A stretch of 64,000 nt of DNA. Source: Nitrospirota bacterium (lineage in GTDB: Bacteria > Nitrospirota > UBA9217). Each line of letters opens with the position of its first letter. The stretch's first letter is position 1. Both the position numbers and the translations under genes were made by a program. Positions 53,399-63,403 of this stretch are shown here, piece by piece. Where the stretch lies: contig CAVVOB010000023.1 of assembly GCA_963749655.1 (NCBI GenBank), positions 64,001 through 128,000 on the forward strand, written 5' to 3'. The notes beneath the pieces were generated by a model. It had not been told where the DNA came from, ran no database searches, and worked only from the letters and a program-made list of their open reading frames with translations.

Positions 53399-55705
53399 TC
53401 ATATTTTCGTCCTTTTCAGTCTTAAAGCGTTCCCGATCACTGACACGGAGCTGAAGCTCATCGCGGCTGCCGCGAAGATGGGGCTGAGAAGGATGCCGAA
53501 GAACGGGTAGAGCACTCCTGCCGCTACGGGGATGCCGAGAGAGTTGTACACAAACGCAAAGAACAGGTTCTGTTTGATGTTCTTCATCGTTGCCCGGGAA
53601 AGAAGCCGCGCACGAAGAATTCCTCTGAGGTCGCCCTTTACCAGGGTGACACCCGCGCTCGCCATGGCTACGTCCGTTCCCGTGCCCATGGCGATACCGA
53701 CCTGGGCCTGTGCCAGGGCGGGCGCGTCATTGATGCCGTCACCTGCCATTGCCACGAACCGGCCTTCTTTCTGAAGGCGCTTCACGACCTCCGCTTTCTG
53801 GTCCGGCAGCACTTCTGCAACTACGTCGTCGATGCCCAGCTTCGTCGCTACTGACTCGGCAGTGGTTTTGCCGTCCCCGGTAAGCATCACGATACGGATG
53901 CCGTCGTCATGAAGAAGCTTCACTGCCTCACGTGTCGTTTCCTTTATCGGATCCGCAACTCCCAGAAGTCCGGCCGATTTTCCGTCAACGGCGACAAACA
54001 TCACGGTCTGGCCGTCCTTACGCAACGCCTCTGCCTTGACGGATAATTCTCCGGGAGCAATGTGCAGTTCATCGAGGAGCGCGCGATTACCGAGCGCAAC
54101 AGCATGACCGGCCACGGCACCCGTGACTCCTTTGCCTGTCCTGGACTGGAAGGACTCGGCATTCTTCGGGCTGATGCCCTTTTCACGGGCTCCCGTCACA
54201 ATGGCCGCTGCAAGAGGGTGCTCGCTGCCCTGTTCGATGCTCGACGCGTACAGGAGAAGCGCCTTTTCGTCGTACCCGTTATTCGAGACCACAAAATTCA
54301 GTTTTGGTTTTCCGACCGTAAGCGTTCCGGTCTTATCCACCACGAGGGTGTCGACGTTTCGCATCAGCTCGATGGCTTCGGCATTCTTGAACAAGACCCC
54401 GGCAGCCGCTCCCTTGCCCATGGCGACCATGATGGACACCGGCGTGGCGAGCCCGAGCGCGCAGGGACAAGCGATGATCAGGACCGCCACGGCGTTGACG
54501 AGCGCATAGACCATCCGGGGATCAGGCCCGACCCAGGCCCATACGATGAAGGTCATGCTTGCGATCGCAACCACGATCTGAACGAAATACCCGGCAATGA
54601 TGTCCGCCAGCTTCTGGATCGGAGCGCGGCTCCGTTGGGCCTCGCCCACCATGCGCACGATCTGCGCAAGAAGGGTCTCGGAACCGACTTTTTCAGCCCG
54701 CATGATCAGCGAGCCCGTCCCGTTCACCGTGGCGCCGACGACACGATCGCCTGCGTGTTTTTCCACAGGGATCGGCTCGCCGGTGATCATGGATTCGTCC
54801 ACGCTGCTGATTCCCTCCACTACCGTGCCGTCCACGGGGACCTTTTCACCGGGCCTCACACGCAGCACATCACCCGCCTGCACCTGTTCGAGCGGAACAT
54901 CCTCTTCCGTCCCGTCCTTTACCCGGCGAGCGGCTTTCGGTGCCAGCCCAAGCAGGGCTTTGATGGCTGCCCCGGTCTTGCTCCGAGCCCGCAGCTCCAG
55001 GACCTGCCCCAGAAGCACGAGCGTCGTAATGACCGCGGCAGCCTCGAAATAGGTCCCCACTTCTCCGTGAGCGCCGCGGAATGCAGAAGGGAAAATGCCG
55101 GGAGCGAGGGCGGCTACGATGCTGTACCCATAGGCCACACCCACGCCGAGGCCGATGAGGGTGAACATGTTGGGGTTCCAGGTGATGATTGACTTCCATC
55201 CGCGCACGAAGAACGGCCACCCGGCCCAGAGAACAACCGGCGTCGCGAGAACCAGTTCCAGCCATTTCAGCATCTCCAGGGGAATAAACTTTTCCGGAGA
55301 TATGGCGCGGATGTAGCCGCCCATTGCGATATAGACCAGAGGAATCGAGAGAAATGTGCTTATTTTGAACCGCCGGATCATGTCCGTGAGCTCCGGATTT
55401 TCCTCCTCCACAAGCGAGATCGTCCTGGGTTCAAGCGCCATGCCGCAGATTGGACATGCGCCCGGCGCATCGCGCACTATCTCCGGATGCATGGGACAGG
55501 TCCATTCGGTTTTTGAGGAAGCAGCTTGCGGTTTGACCGGTTCCAGCGCCATGCCGCACTTGGGGCAGGCGCCGGGGCCGGGCTGACGCACCTCGGGGTG
55601 CATGGGGCAGGTCCATTCGGATTTCACGGCAAGGTCTCCCAGGGCATCTTCGTTCATTTTTTCATGAGCAGGGGAACCGTGTGTTTTCTCGTCCTGAACC
55701 TTCAT
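53399..55705 (-). CDS. copA: Cu(I)/Ag(I)-translocating P1B-type ATPase
   Basis: Two WTCPMHPE...CPxCGMALEP modules, [21 protein letters not shown] and MSFSS. Confidence 0.93.
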   Translation of the reverse strand: MKVQDEKTHGSPAHEKMNEDALGDLAVKSEWTCPMHPEVRQPGPGACPKCGMALEPVKPQAASSKTEWTCPMHPEIVRDAPGACPICGMALEPRTISLVEEENPELTDMIRRFKISTFLSIPLVYIAMGGYIRAISPEKFIPLEMLKWLELVLATPVVLWAGWPFFVRGWKSIITWNPNMFTLIGLGVGVAYGYSIVAALAPGIFPSAFRGAHGEVGTYFEAAAVITTLVLLGQVLELRARSKTGAAIKALLGLAPKAARRVKDGTEEDVPLEQVQAGDVLRVRPGEKVPVDGTVVEGISSVDESMITGEPIPVEKHAGDRVVGATVNGTGSLIMRAEKVGSETLLAQIVRMVGEAQRSRAPIQKLADIIAGYFVQIVVAIASMTFIVWAWVGPDPRMVYALVNAVAVLIIACPCALGLATPVSIMVAMGKGAAAGVLFKNAEAIELMRNVDTLVVDKTGTLTVGKPKLNFVVSNNGYDEKALLLYASSIEQGSEHPLAAAIVTGAREKGISPKNAESFQSRTGKGVTGAVAGHAVALGNRALLDELHIAPGELSVKAEALRKDGQTVMFVAVDGKSAGLLGVADPIKETTREAVKLLHDDGIRIVMLTGDGKTTAESVATKLGIDDVVAEVLPDQKAEVVKRLQKEGRFVAMAGDGINDAPALAQAQVGIAMGTGTDVAMASAGVTLVKGDLRGILRARLLSRATMKNIKQNLFFAFVYNSLGIPVAAGVLYPFFGILLSPIFAAAAMSFSSVSVIGNALRLKRTKI

Positions 55706-55922
55706 TTTTTCTCCTCCTGACTGCACGAATGACAAACAATTCCTTATTTTATTGTAGCGCTTTCCCCGGCAGAACTTGAAAAGTGCAACTTTGGAAGTCG
55801 CTAAGCTTCGAGGTCACGGCGGCCAATAAAAAAGCATGCTGAACTCAGCCTGCTTTCTATTTCCTAAGTGATAACCAACCTGCCCCGCCTCGTCCGGGCC
55901 GACCGCCCGCTCACGAACAGTA

Positions 55923-56273
55923 TCACGTGCACCCTGCCGGCTGCGGGACGCCGGCATATCTGCAGGCGCGACGCAGCGGATGATCGGGAAACAGCCCGTA
56001 GAGCAGCTTAACGGAGAATTGCTGCTTGCCGGCGTTCTTGTTCAGCACCTTGATCAGCACCTTCGGCATGGGAACGCTGTCATAGCGGCCGAAATATTCG
56101 CGGATAAACCTGATAACCTGCCAATGACGGCCGTCCAGGGCTATCCCGTCGCTGTCCGCAAGAAGGCGGGCAAGCTCTTCAGACCAGTCGCCTGCATTTA
56201 CCAGGTGGCCGTTTTCGTCCAGGGGAATATGCCGTCCCTCGAAAAGCAACAGATGGGAATCTCCGTCATGCAT
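55923..56273 (-). CDS. DsrC/TusE-family sulfur carrier with both C-terminal cysteines
   Basis: LDENGHL...WSEELA...HWQVIRFIREY...LYGLFP...RACRYAGVPQPAGCT (C-X10-C). Confidence 0.88.
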   Translation of the reverse strand: MHDGDSHLLLFEGRHIPLDENGHLVNAGDWSEELARLLADSDGIALDGRHWQVIRFIREYFGRYDSVPMPKVLIKVLNKNAGKQQFSVKLLYGLFPDHPLRRACRYAGVPQPAGCT

Positions 56274-56442
56274 GCTGGCCCTTCATTGCCCCTTTGTCCG
56301 GTTGTTAATTCAGACAGCCACGGTCTCAATTATGACTCACCAGTCACAAAGAACCGCTCAAAACGAACCGGCAAGATGCACGCCTCTATTCAATTTTACA
56401 TGCAGTCCCCCCATTTTTCCGGAATTGCGTCCATTTTTGGAA

Positions 56443-56457
56443 CGGCACGGGTCTTGC
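56443..56457 (+). promoter_or_regulatory. sigma54 -24/-12 promoter
   Basis: CGGCACGGGTCTTGC matches YGGCAC-N5-TTGC. Confidence 0.75.
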
Positions 56458-56557
56458 TTAATACTAAGTAAAGAGCGGATGGGAATCATTGCTCACGAAA
56501 GTTTACTCTGCAGGAAAGAAATCGAGGGCAGCAAACGCCTGGAAAGGAGGAGCGAAC

Positions 56558-56728
56558 ATGTACGCGTGCATATGCGGCTTCGACGCTGAGTCGGAAGGCG
56601 ATCTCATGTCCCATGTTCTCGAGCGCCACTGCAAGTCCTATGGACTCGAAACATGCTCGATCACGGGGTCGGATTGGTCTGCAGGAAGCACGGAGCCGGA
56701 TTTTGGTCATCCAAGAGGCCAGACTTAA
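56558..56728 (+). CDS. 56-aa C2H2 zinc-finger-like microprotein
   Basis: AAAGGAGG RBS; MYACICGF...LMSHVLERH (CxC-x12-H-x4-H). Confidence 0.6.
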   Translation: MYACICGFDAESEGDLMSHVLERHCKSYGLETCSITGSDWSAGSTEPDFGHPRGQT

Positions 56729-56920
56729 ATTGGCAAGCTAGTAAGCTTTGGAGACATGCCCGGCTGGGGTGGCCGGGCAGAGCGGTTAGTCGTCTGCGTT
56801 TTTGTCTTCACCGCGAAGGCGCAAGGGTCGCGAGGAAGGCAAATACATCGCAGTATCTCAGTTCAGATTTTCTTGCCGGCCCATCCAAAGTGCCGGGTGA
56901 TCGAATCACAGCCACCGGAA

Positions 56921-57378
56921 TCAGTGGTTGTCAAAGTCATTGTATTTTGCCTTGGTCCGCATGGCGGCGCAGATTTCCAGAAGAGCCTGCCTGTTTGCAT
57001 CAGCTTCGGCAATAAACCGGACATCCATTTCACGAATAGCAGCACGAGCCTTGGTAAACGCCTTGAAAAATTGCGGTTGGGTCAAAAGATCGTTGCGGGA
57101 GTCCGCCTCTTATAGGAGGCTTTCATTTTGCCTGTTTTGTGACGGGCAAGCAGGAAGGCGAACGTCGCCTGGTTATGATTTATTGCGGGTATGGTACTGA
57201 AGACGCTTGCGCAATTGTTCGTTCGTCCGACATAGAGATACTTCTGGTTCTGCGAGAACAGGTAGACTCCCTTCGCAGGCATTGCTTTCGGTAACGCACC
57301 TACTTTGTACGTGCGGACGTTCAAGAGCGCTGAACATTTCTTTTCTACCGCTGCGATGGCTTTCGTAAAAGAATCCAT
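56921..57378 (-). CDS. GIY-YIG nuclease-family protein, multiple frameshifts
   Basis: KGVYLF...YLYVGRT; later frames give NHNQATFAF and QALLEICAA...YNDFDNH*. Confidence 0.75.
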
Positions 57379-58978
57379 TTATCCCCTCTCTGTGCCGCTG
57401 CGCGAGGACAGATCGGCAGTTATTTCCCTGAACTGCTCCAACGCCGCTTCCAGGTCTTCCACGATCTCCTGGGCGATCACGTCGGGATCGGGGAGGTTGT
57501 CGGAGGCTTCGAGGGATTCGTCCTTGAGCCAGAAGATGTCGAGGCTGGCCTTGTCGCGGCTTACGAGTTCATCATAGTTATATGACCGCCAGCGGCCTTC
57601 ATTTTTAACTTCCTCTCCCCTCGTGGGAGAGGACTGAGGTGAGGGGGACTTTTGCTTCTTCTTTCCCTTCTCCGTCATTCCGGCCCCCGAGCCGGAATCC
57701 AGTTGCAACCTTCCAGGTAGCCTTACGATGATGCCGATTCTCGGGATTGTAGCATTTCACAAACTCGTCGAGGTCGGAGCGCTGGAGGGAGCTTCGTCTT
57801 GAGCGTGAAGTGCATGTTCGTGCGGAGGTCGTAGATCCAGAGCTTCTTGGTCCAGGGCGTTTCGCTTGCCGGCTTTTTGTCGAAGAACAGCACGTTCGCC
57901 TTCACACCCTGGGCGTAGAACAGGCCCGTGGGCAGGCGCAGGAGCGTATGCACGTCGCACTCGTGCAGGAGCTTTCGTCCTGACCGTCTCCCCTGCCCCG
58001 CCTTCGAACAGGACGTTATCCGGCACGACAACTGCCGCGCGGCCGTTCTGTTTTAAAAGGGTCTTTACATGCTGGATGAAGTTGAGCTGTTTGTTCGATG
58101 TCGTGGCCCAGAAGTCCTCGCGCTCGATGATATCGGTCTCCCGTGATACCTTGCCGTTCTCGGCAACGATGGTGGTGCTGCTCTTCTTGCCGAAGGGAGG
58201 ATTGGTCAGTACGATATCGAACCGGTCTCCCGGGTCGGCGGCAAGAGAGTCCGAAACGATGATAGGAAGGTCCTTGTCGGTCCCGATGCTGTGGAGCATC
58301 AGGTTCATGGCGCAGAGCCGGGCCGTGCTCTGGACCAGTTCCCAGCCCTTGAAGGTCGAGCCTTTGAGCTTGCGCTTCTCGTCGGCGCTCATGTTCGGAT
58401 TGTGCTTTACCACGTAATCGTGCGCGGCCAGGAGAAACCCGCCGGTCCCGCACGCAGGATCGCAGAGCGGTCTCTTTCGGCTTCGGCTGGATCACGTCAA
58501 CCATGGCCTGGATCAAAGGACGGGGAGTGAAGTACTGGCCTGCGCCGGACTTGGTATCCTGTGCGTTCTTCTCCAGGAGGCCTTCGTATGCGTCCCCTTT
58601 TACATCAGCGCTCATCACCGACCAGTTTTCCTTATCGATCAGGTCGACGACAAGACGTCGTAATTTCGAAGGGTCCTGGAACTTGTTCTGGGATTTGTTG
58701 AAGATCAGGCCGAGCAGACCTTTTTCATTGCCCAGGCTTTCGAGCATGTGGCGGTAGTGGTCGAACAGATCGTCGCCGTCCTTCTTTAAGAGCGTGGGCC
58801 AGTTGTACTTCGCAGGCACGGCACTCGGCTGATTGTACGGCGGCTTCGTGCGCTCGTCGGCCATCTTGAGGAACAGCAGGTACGTAAGCTGCTCCACGTA
58901 GTCGCCGTAGCTCATCCCATCGTCCCGGAGGACGTTACAGTAGTTCCAGAGTTTTGAAACGATTGCGGCAGGTGTCAT
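57379..58978 (-). CDS. hsdM: Type I restriction-modification N6-adenine methyltransferase (HsdM-like), frameshifts and a palindromic insertion
   Basis: KLWNYCNVLRDDG, GAGQYFTPR, DPACGTGGFL, TNPPFG, LRLPTGLFYAQGVKANV, LDIFWLKDESL. Confidence 0.9.
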
Positions 58979-59011
58979 TGATAATTCCTTTTCAGGGTCA
59001 AAGATACTCGA

Positions 59012-59335
59012 TCAAACAGCGTGTAATTCCTTGCCACGCAGGATCCTCTTGAGGAAGGCGATCCGTTTCTTCGCTTCAGACAGAAGGGTGCGGTACCGCG
59101 CCCGATCTTCCTTGAGGGCGTCATAATACTTGATATCTTTGCCGAACAGCTTGCCTTTGTACGCAAACTGCACCTTGCCCTTTTCCCGCGACATGAGGTA
59201 GCAATACTGGCGTCCCTTTACATACTTTTTTACCAGGACCCCGCGCGGAAGCGCTGCCAGGGCCTTCTCATATTCCCCCTGGGCAAGCATTGCCTTCTTG
59301 AGTTCTTCTTCCAGGACGTTCTTAATAATTTTCAT
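59012..59335 (-). CDS. Small basic hypothetical protein (helix / beta-hairpin / coiled coil)
   Basis: LPRGVLVKKYVKGRQYCYL...KGKVQFAY; directly downstream of a TTGACG-N17-TATAAT promoter. Confidence 0.75.
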   Translation of the reverse strand: MKIIKNVLEEELKKAMLAQGEYEKALAALPRGVLVKKYVKGRQYCYLMSREKGKVQFAYKGKLFGKDIKYYDALKEDRARYRTLLSEAKKRIAFLKRILRGKELHAV

Positions 59336-59348
59336 AACAACCTATCCC

Positions 59349-60081
59349 GTTACCATACAGTGGCTCGATTATATGATGCTGTATGGTAACCGTCAAGGGA
59401 TCATTGAAACTCCGGCTTACGGCAATTCAGACCGGAGCACCCGCGAATGGTTGTTCAGGATGAGTACTTTATCCCCAGTATATTCCGGTCGGATCGCGGT
59501 CAAGCTCTGCAAAGACAAGGTCAAGGTTCTTAACAGGCGACAGATTTTCGTCCTCATGCCATTTATTATTTCGATCACTCCAATAGAGCATCCAGGTTTG
59601 CGCTTTCGGATTATAACGGAGCTGTGCGACTGCGGATTTTGTCCATTCCGTCATAGCCGGCGTCCAGGGGACGCGATTTTCCCATATCGTCACCGAGTTG
59701 CCGCGGAACGTGTACGAAAGCCTGATCTTATCCGCGACCCGCGGCGGCACCCGCTTCGCGATAAAGGCATCCAGTTTCTTTGCGACCGAGTTTTTCGCTG
59801 CTGCGGGAAGAGGCATCGATACTCCTCGCTTCGTTTGCTCACCAAGTAAACCTTACCGGTTACCATACACGTGCGCTAATTATGTCTTCTGTATGGTAAC
59901 GGGCAAGAGGTGTCTGATACCGAGACTACGGGAGGACAGTTCATTTGCGCAACAGGTCGCCGCAGCCTGAATGATCGATGACACATGAGTCCTGAACCCC
60001 TTTGACCTCAATCTATTATTCGCCAAGAGACCCTTACCGGTTACCATACACGCTCCCTAATTATGCCACCTGTATGGTAAC
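59349..60081. repeat. Three copies of GTTACCATACA-N20-TGTATGGTAAC
   Basis: Copies at 59349-59390, 59859-59900 and 60040-60081; identical arms and spacing. Confidence 0.92.
59469..59816 (-). CDS. DUF3024-like protein
   Basis: RVPP...IRLSY...VAQLRY...WMLYWSDRNNKWH...ELDRDPTGIYWG. Confidence 0.8.
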   Translation of the reverse strand: MPLPAAAKNSVAKKLDAFIAKRVPPRVADKIRLSYTFRGNSVTIWENRVPWTPAMTEWTKSAVAQLRYNPKAQTWMLYWSDRNNKWHEDENLSPVKNLDLVFAELDRDPTGIYWG

Positions 60082-60137
60082 GGCCAAAGAAGTTCTGTGT
60101 TTCTGAATCTGGTGAAACATCCTGCAGGTTTTTGATA

Positions 60138-60420
60138 GCCCAGGCTTTCGAGCATGTGGCGGTAGTGGTCGAACAGATCGTCGCCGTCCTTCTTTAAGAG
60201 CGTCGGCCAGTTGTACTTCGCGGGCACGGCACTCGGCTGGTTGTACGGCGGCTTCGTGCGCTCGTCGGCCATCCCCCTTCTATCCCCTCTCCCTCTGGGA
60301 GAGGGCGAGGGTGAGGGTGAGGGCGGTCAGCTGCTCCACGTAGTCGCCGTAGCTCATCCCATCGTCCCGGAGGACGTTACAGTAGTTCCAGAGTTTTTGA
60401 ACAATTGCGGCAGATGTCAT
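60138..60420 (-). pseudogene. Truncated duplicate of the hsdM 5' end, interrupted by a CCCTCTCCC/GGGAGAGGG repeat
   Basis: Near-identical to 58730-58978; insertion at ~60274-60325 replaces the YLLFLK codons. Confidence 0.9.
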
Positions 60421-60716
60421 GGTAGTTTCAGAAGCCTTTCACTTCGCCAGACTCGAACGATGCGCACCTTGTTTTTATCATGCCGATAAACGATGCGAAA
60501 AGGCGGGTAAATGATCTCTCGCAGATGTTCGACATTGAACTCAGGTACGACACGGCCGCTCAGCGGGTGTGCGCCCAGCCGCTCGATCTTGGCGACGATC
60601 TCTGCAATAATCCGCTTCCCCACATCAGGCACGCCTTCGCCCGAGTACCATGCCTGCATTTCTTCAAGGTCCTTGATCGCTGATGCAGCAAACGTTATCC
60701 GTGCTTGTTCAGCCAT
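60417..60716 (-). CDS. RelE/ParE-family toxin
   Basis: AIKDLEEM, PLSGRVVPE, REII...RIVY. Confidence 0.88.
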   Translation of the reverse strand: MAEQARITFAASAIKDLEEMQAWYSGEGVPDVGKRIIAEIVAKIERLGAHPLSGRVVPEFNVEHLREIIYPPFRIVYRHDKNKVRIVRVWRSERLLKLP

Positions 60717-60720
60717 GGGA

Positions 60721-60990
60721 TCACTTCAGACCAAGGCGTTTTTTCGCCTCGGAGAGCGAGATCTCGCGGCCTTCTTCCAGGTCCATCAGTCCCTTCACCA
60801 CTCCCTGCATAAAAGCGCGCTCTTCGGTTTCTTCCTCGTAATCCTTGAGCGATCGGACCACGGCAACCCCGCGGCCCCTGCTCGTGAGCAAAATAGGCCG
60901 GTGCGTCTCTTGCGCATGGGAAACCACCTTGCCGGGGTTCACCTTCAGGTCGCTGAGAGGGACGATGTCTTCGGAAAACTTGGTACTCAT
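60721..60990 (-). CDS. Phd/YefM-family antitoxin
   Basis: DIVPLSDLK...RPILLTSRGRGVAVV. Confidence 0.9.
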   Translation of the reverse strand: MSTKFSEDIVPLSDLKVNPGKVVSHAQETHRPILLTSRGRGVAVVRSLKDYEEETEERAFMQGVVKGLMDLEEGREISLSEAKKRLGLK

Positions 60991-61071
60991 AGTAGACCTC
61001 CTTAATGGTACTCTTAACAGGTCTTATTATAGCACTTATAGACAGGTCTGTATATAGTAGCGCTCCCTTCG

Positions 61072-62006
61072 TAGGGTCAGGTCCATACTCTTTACCTTTT
61101 ATAGTGACCGCACAGAATTCTGCTTACATAGGTGGAATGCACACCGAGGTGATCCGCAATTGAACGCTGCGTGTATCCGTACTTCTCGACAGCCTCGGCG
61201 ATTTTCTTGTCCCGCTTTCCCTTTGTCGTCCAGTATACTCTGACTGAATATTTTTTCAAGTGGCGGCCTGTTGGCGTAACGCTGGCTCTTGGGTATCTCG
61301 GGAATGTCTTTATGCCTTCTGAGATGATCGGCCAGGCTGTCGACAAAATCATCTTCGCCGAGAAGTGCCTGGCCTTTAACCTCGTTCCAGATGGTTTCCT
61401 TACCGATCCCCCATTTTACAAATTGGCGATACTCTTTCTCTGCCTTGGCTCTTGTTCGGCTGAATTGTCCGAGTATCCAGTCCGTGGTAAGACACGGGTG
61501 AGCCGTATCCTTCCCCGCCCGTGGCCCGATAGCTTGACCATCTCCAGTCTTCGGGCTTTTCCACCATCCTGGCGCGGACCGGATTAAGGACCACATAGCG
61601 GCAGACTTCAAGCAGGTGTGTGTCCTTTTGAATGAGGATGGCCTTGTACCTGCCCTGAAAAAGGTGGCCGGTCTTGTTGTAGCGCTTGTTACGCGCCTGA
61701 GTATAAACACCGTTTAACTGTCTCATGCCGAGGGAAAGGTTTCCATCCGGCGTTTCTATCATGAGGTGGTAATGATTGTCCATGAGGCAGTAGGCGTGAC
61801 AGAGCCAGTGATAGCGTTTATTGACGAAGGCGAGGATCTTGAGAAATGTCTCCCGATCCTGGTCGTCTTTGAACACGGCTTTTTTATCGTTGCCGCGGTT
61901 GGTTATGTGATATACCGCACCGGGGTATTCTATGCGGAGAGGGCGTGCCATGAAGGGAGTCTATCAGAAGTTAAAGCAAAAGTCCAACAGTATGGACCTG
62001 ACCCTA
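61072..62006 (-). mobile_element. TIR-flanked HUH (Y1) transposase element 1; CDS ~61092-61951, frameshifted
   Basis: Perfect 18-bp IR TAGGGTCAGGTCCATACT / AGTATGGACCTGACCCTA; MARPLRIEYPGAVYH, NHYH, GHLFQGRY, RYVVLNPVRA; C-terminal HTH. Confidence 0.88.
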
Positions 62007-62052
62007 AGATGTTCAAAAACCTACAACTTGGTGATGCATCACAATCCCGCAA

Positions 62053-62981
62053 AGTGTCAGGTCTTTTATTTTGGCGTTACGCCTTTCCCCTCACCAGATT
62101 GCTGATTGTTGAATAATGCATATTCAGATGAGCGGCTATCTGCTGCTGAGTATAACCATATTTCTGCACGGCATCAATGATCTTCTTATCTCGTTTTTTC
62201 TTGTCCAGTATCACATTTTTCAGGAATATCTTGTCGAGAGACGGCCTATTCACATACCGATGACTCTTGGGTATTTCAGGAATGTCCTGATGTTTCCTGA
62301 TATGGGAGATCAGCCCTTCCACAAAATCGTCTTCGCCCAGGATGGACTGTCCCTTCACCTCTCTCCAGATTGTCTCCTTGCCGATCCCCCATTCGACGAA
62401 TTGCCGGTATTTCTGCTCTGCCGTGATCCTCTTCCGGCTGAATTGTCCGAGAATCCAATCCGTGGTCAGGCACAACGCCGGTGATTCGCGGCCTGCTGTC
62501 GCGAGGTAGCTGGACCATTTCCAGGCTTCCGGTCGTTCTACCATGCGTGCCCGAACAGGGTTTAATACCACATACCGGCATACTTCGAGAAGATGGCTGT
62601 CTTTCTGAATAAGAATCGCTTTGTATCGGCCCTGGAACAGATGGCCAGTCCTTTGATGACGTTTATTGAAAAGCTGTGTATAGACCCCGTTCAACTGACG
62701 CATTCCGAGGGAGAGATTGCCGTCTGGCGTCTCGATCAGCAGATGATAGTGGTTGTCCATCATGCAGTAGACATGACAGACCCAATTGTATCGCTTATTA
62801 ACGTGCAGGAGTGTGTTCAGGAAGTTGATGCGGTCCTGGTCGTCTTTGAAAACGGCCTTCTTTTCATTTCCGCGGGAGGTGATGTGATAGACGGCACCGG
62901 CGTATTCTATGCGGAGGGGGCGGGTCATGCGGCGACAGTATCACAGGAAGGAGAGAATGTCAAAATAAAAGACCTGACCCT
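62053..62981 (-). mobile_element. TIR-flanked HUH (Y1) transposase element 2; CDS 62077-62928, intact
   Basis: 23-bp IR with 2 mismatches AG(T/G)GTCAGGTCTTTTATTTTG(G/A)C; same motifs as element 1. Confidence 0.9.
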
Positions 62982-63122
62982 ATAGGTTCGATTGCGGCAG
63001 GGGGTAACAGTTTAGCCCTTTTTGACTTTTATTGAGATGCAGTCCGCAATTTATTTGACTTGCGGGCTTTTTTAGGGCAACATATATGAGTATTTATACT
63101 CATATATGCAGGAGGCAGACTT

Positions 63123-63401
63123 ATGAAACGAATCGATCTCTTGAGGAAACAGCGGGTTCGGATCAGGGAAGACATTGGGGCAATGCTCGACAGTTTCCTG
63201 ATTGGCACCGTCGCCAAATCCCCTTCCATGTCCGGGCACAACCTGACTACCAAGGTGGAGGGAAAAACCGTTACGCTGTATGTCCGGAAGGACATCGCCC
63301 CCATGGCAACAGAGATGAGTTTGCGGTACACGAAGCTCTGGAACCTCATGCAGAAGCTTTCCAAGGTCAACTGGGAAATTCTGAGCATGGAGAACAAATA
63401 G
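63123..63401 (+). CDS. IS66-associated small accessory protein (DUF6788-like)
   Basis: LTTKVEGKTVTLYV...YTKLW; AGGAGG RBS. Confidence 0.7.
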   Translation: MKRIDLLRKQRVRIREDIGAMLDSFLIGTVAKSPSMSGHNLTTKVEGKTVTLYVRKDIAPMATEMSLRYTKLWNLMQKLSKVNWEILSMENK

Positions 63402-63403
63402 GC

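Noticed and set aside
59349-60081. Triplicated palindromes as a CRISPR array or integron attC sites
   Set aside because: Irregular spacing of 510 and 181 bp, variable centre, no cas or integrase gene; arm order is GTT...AAC, the reverse of attC.
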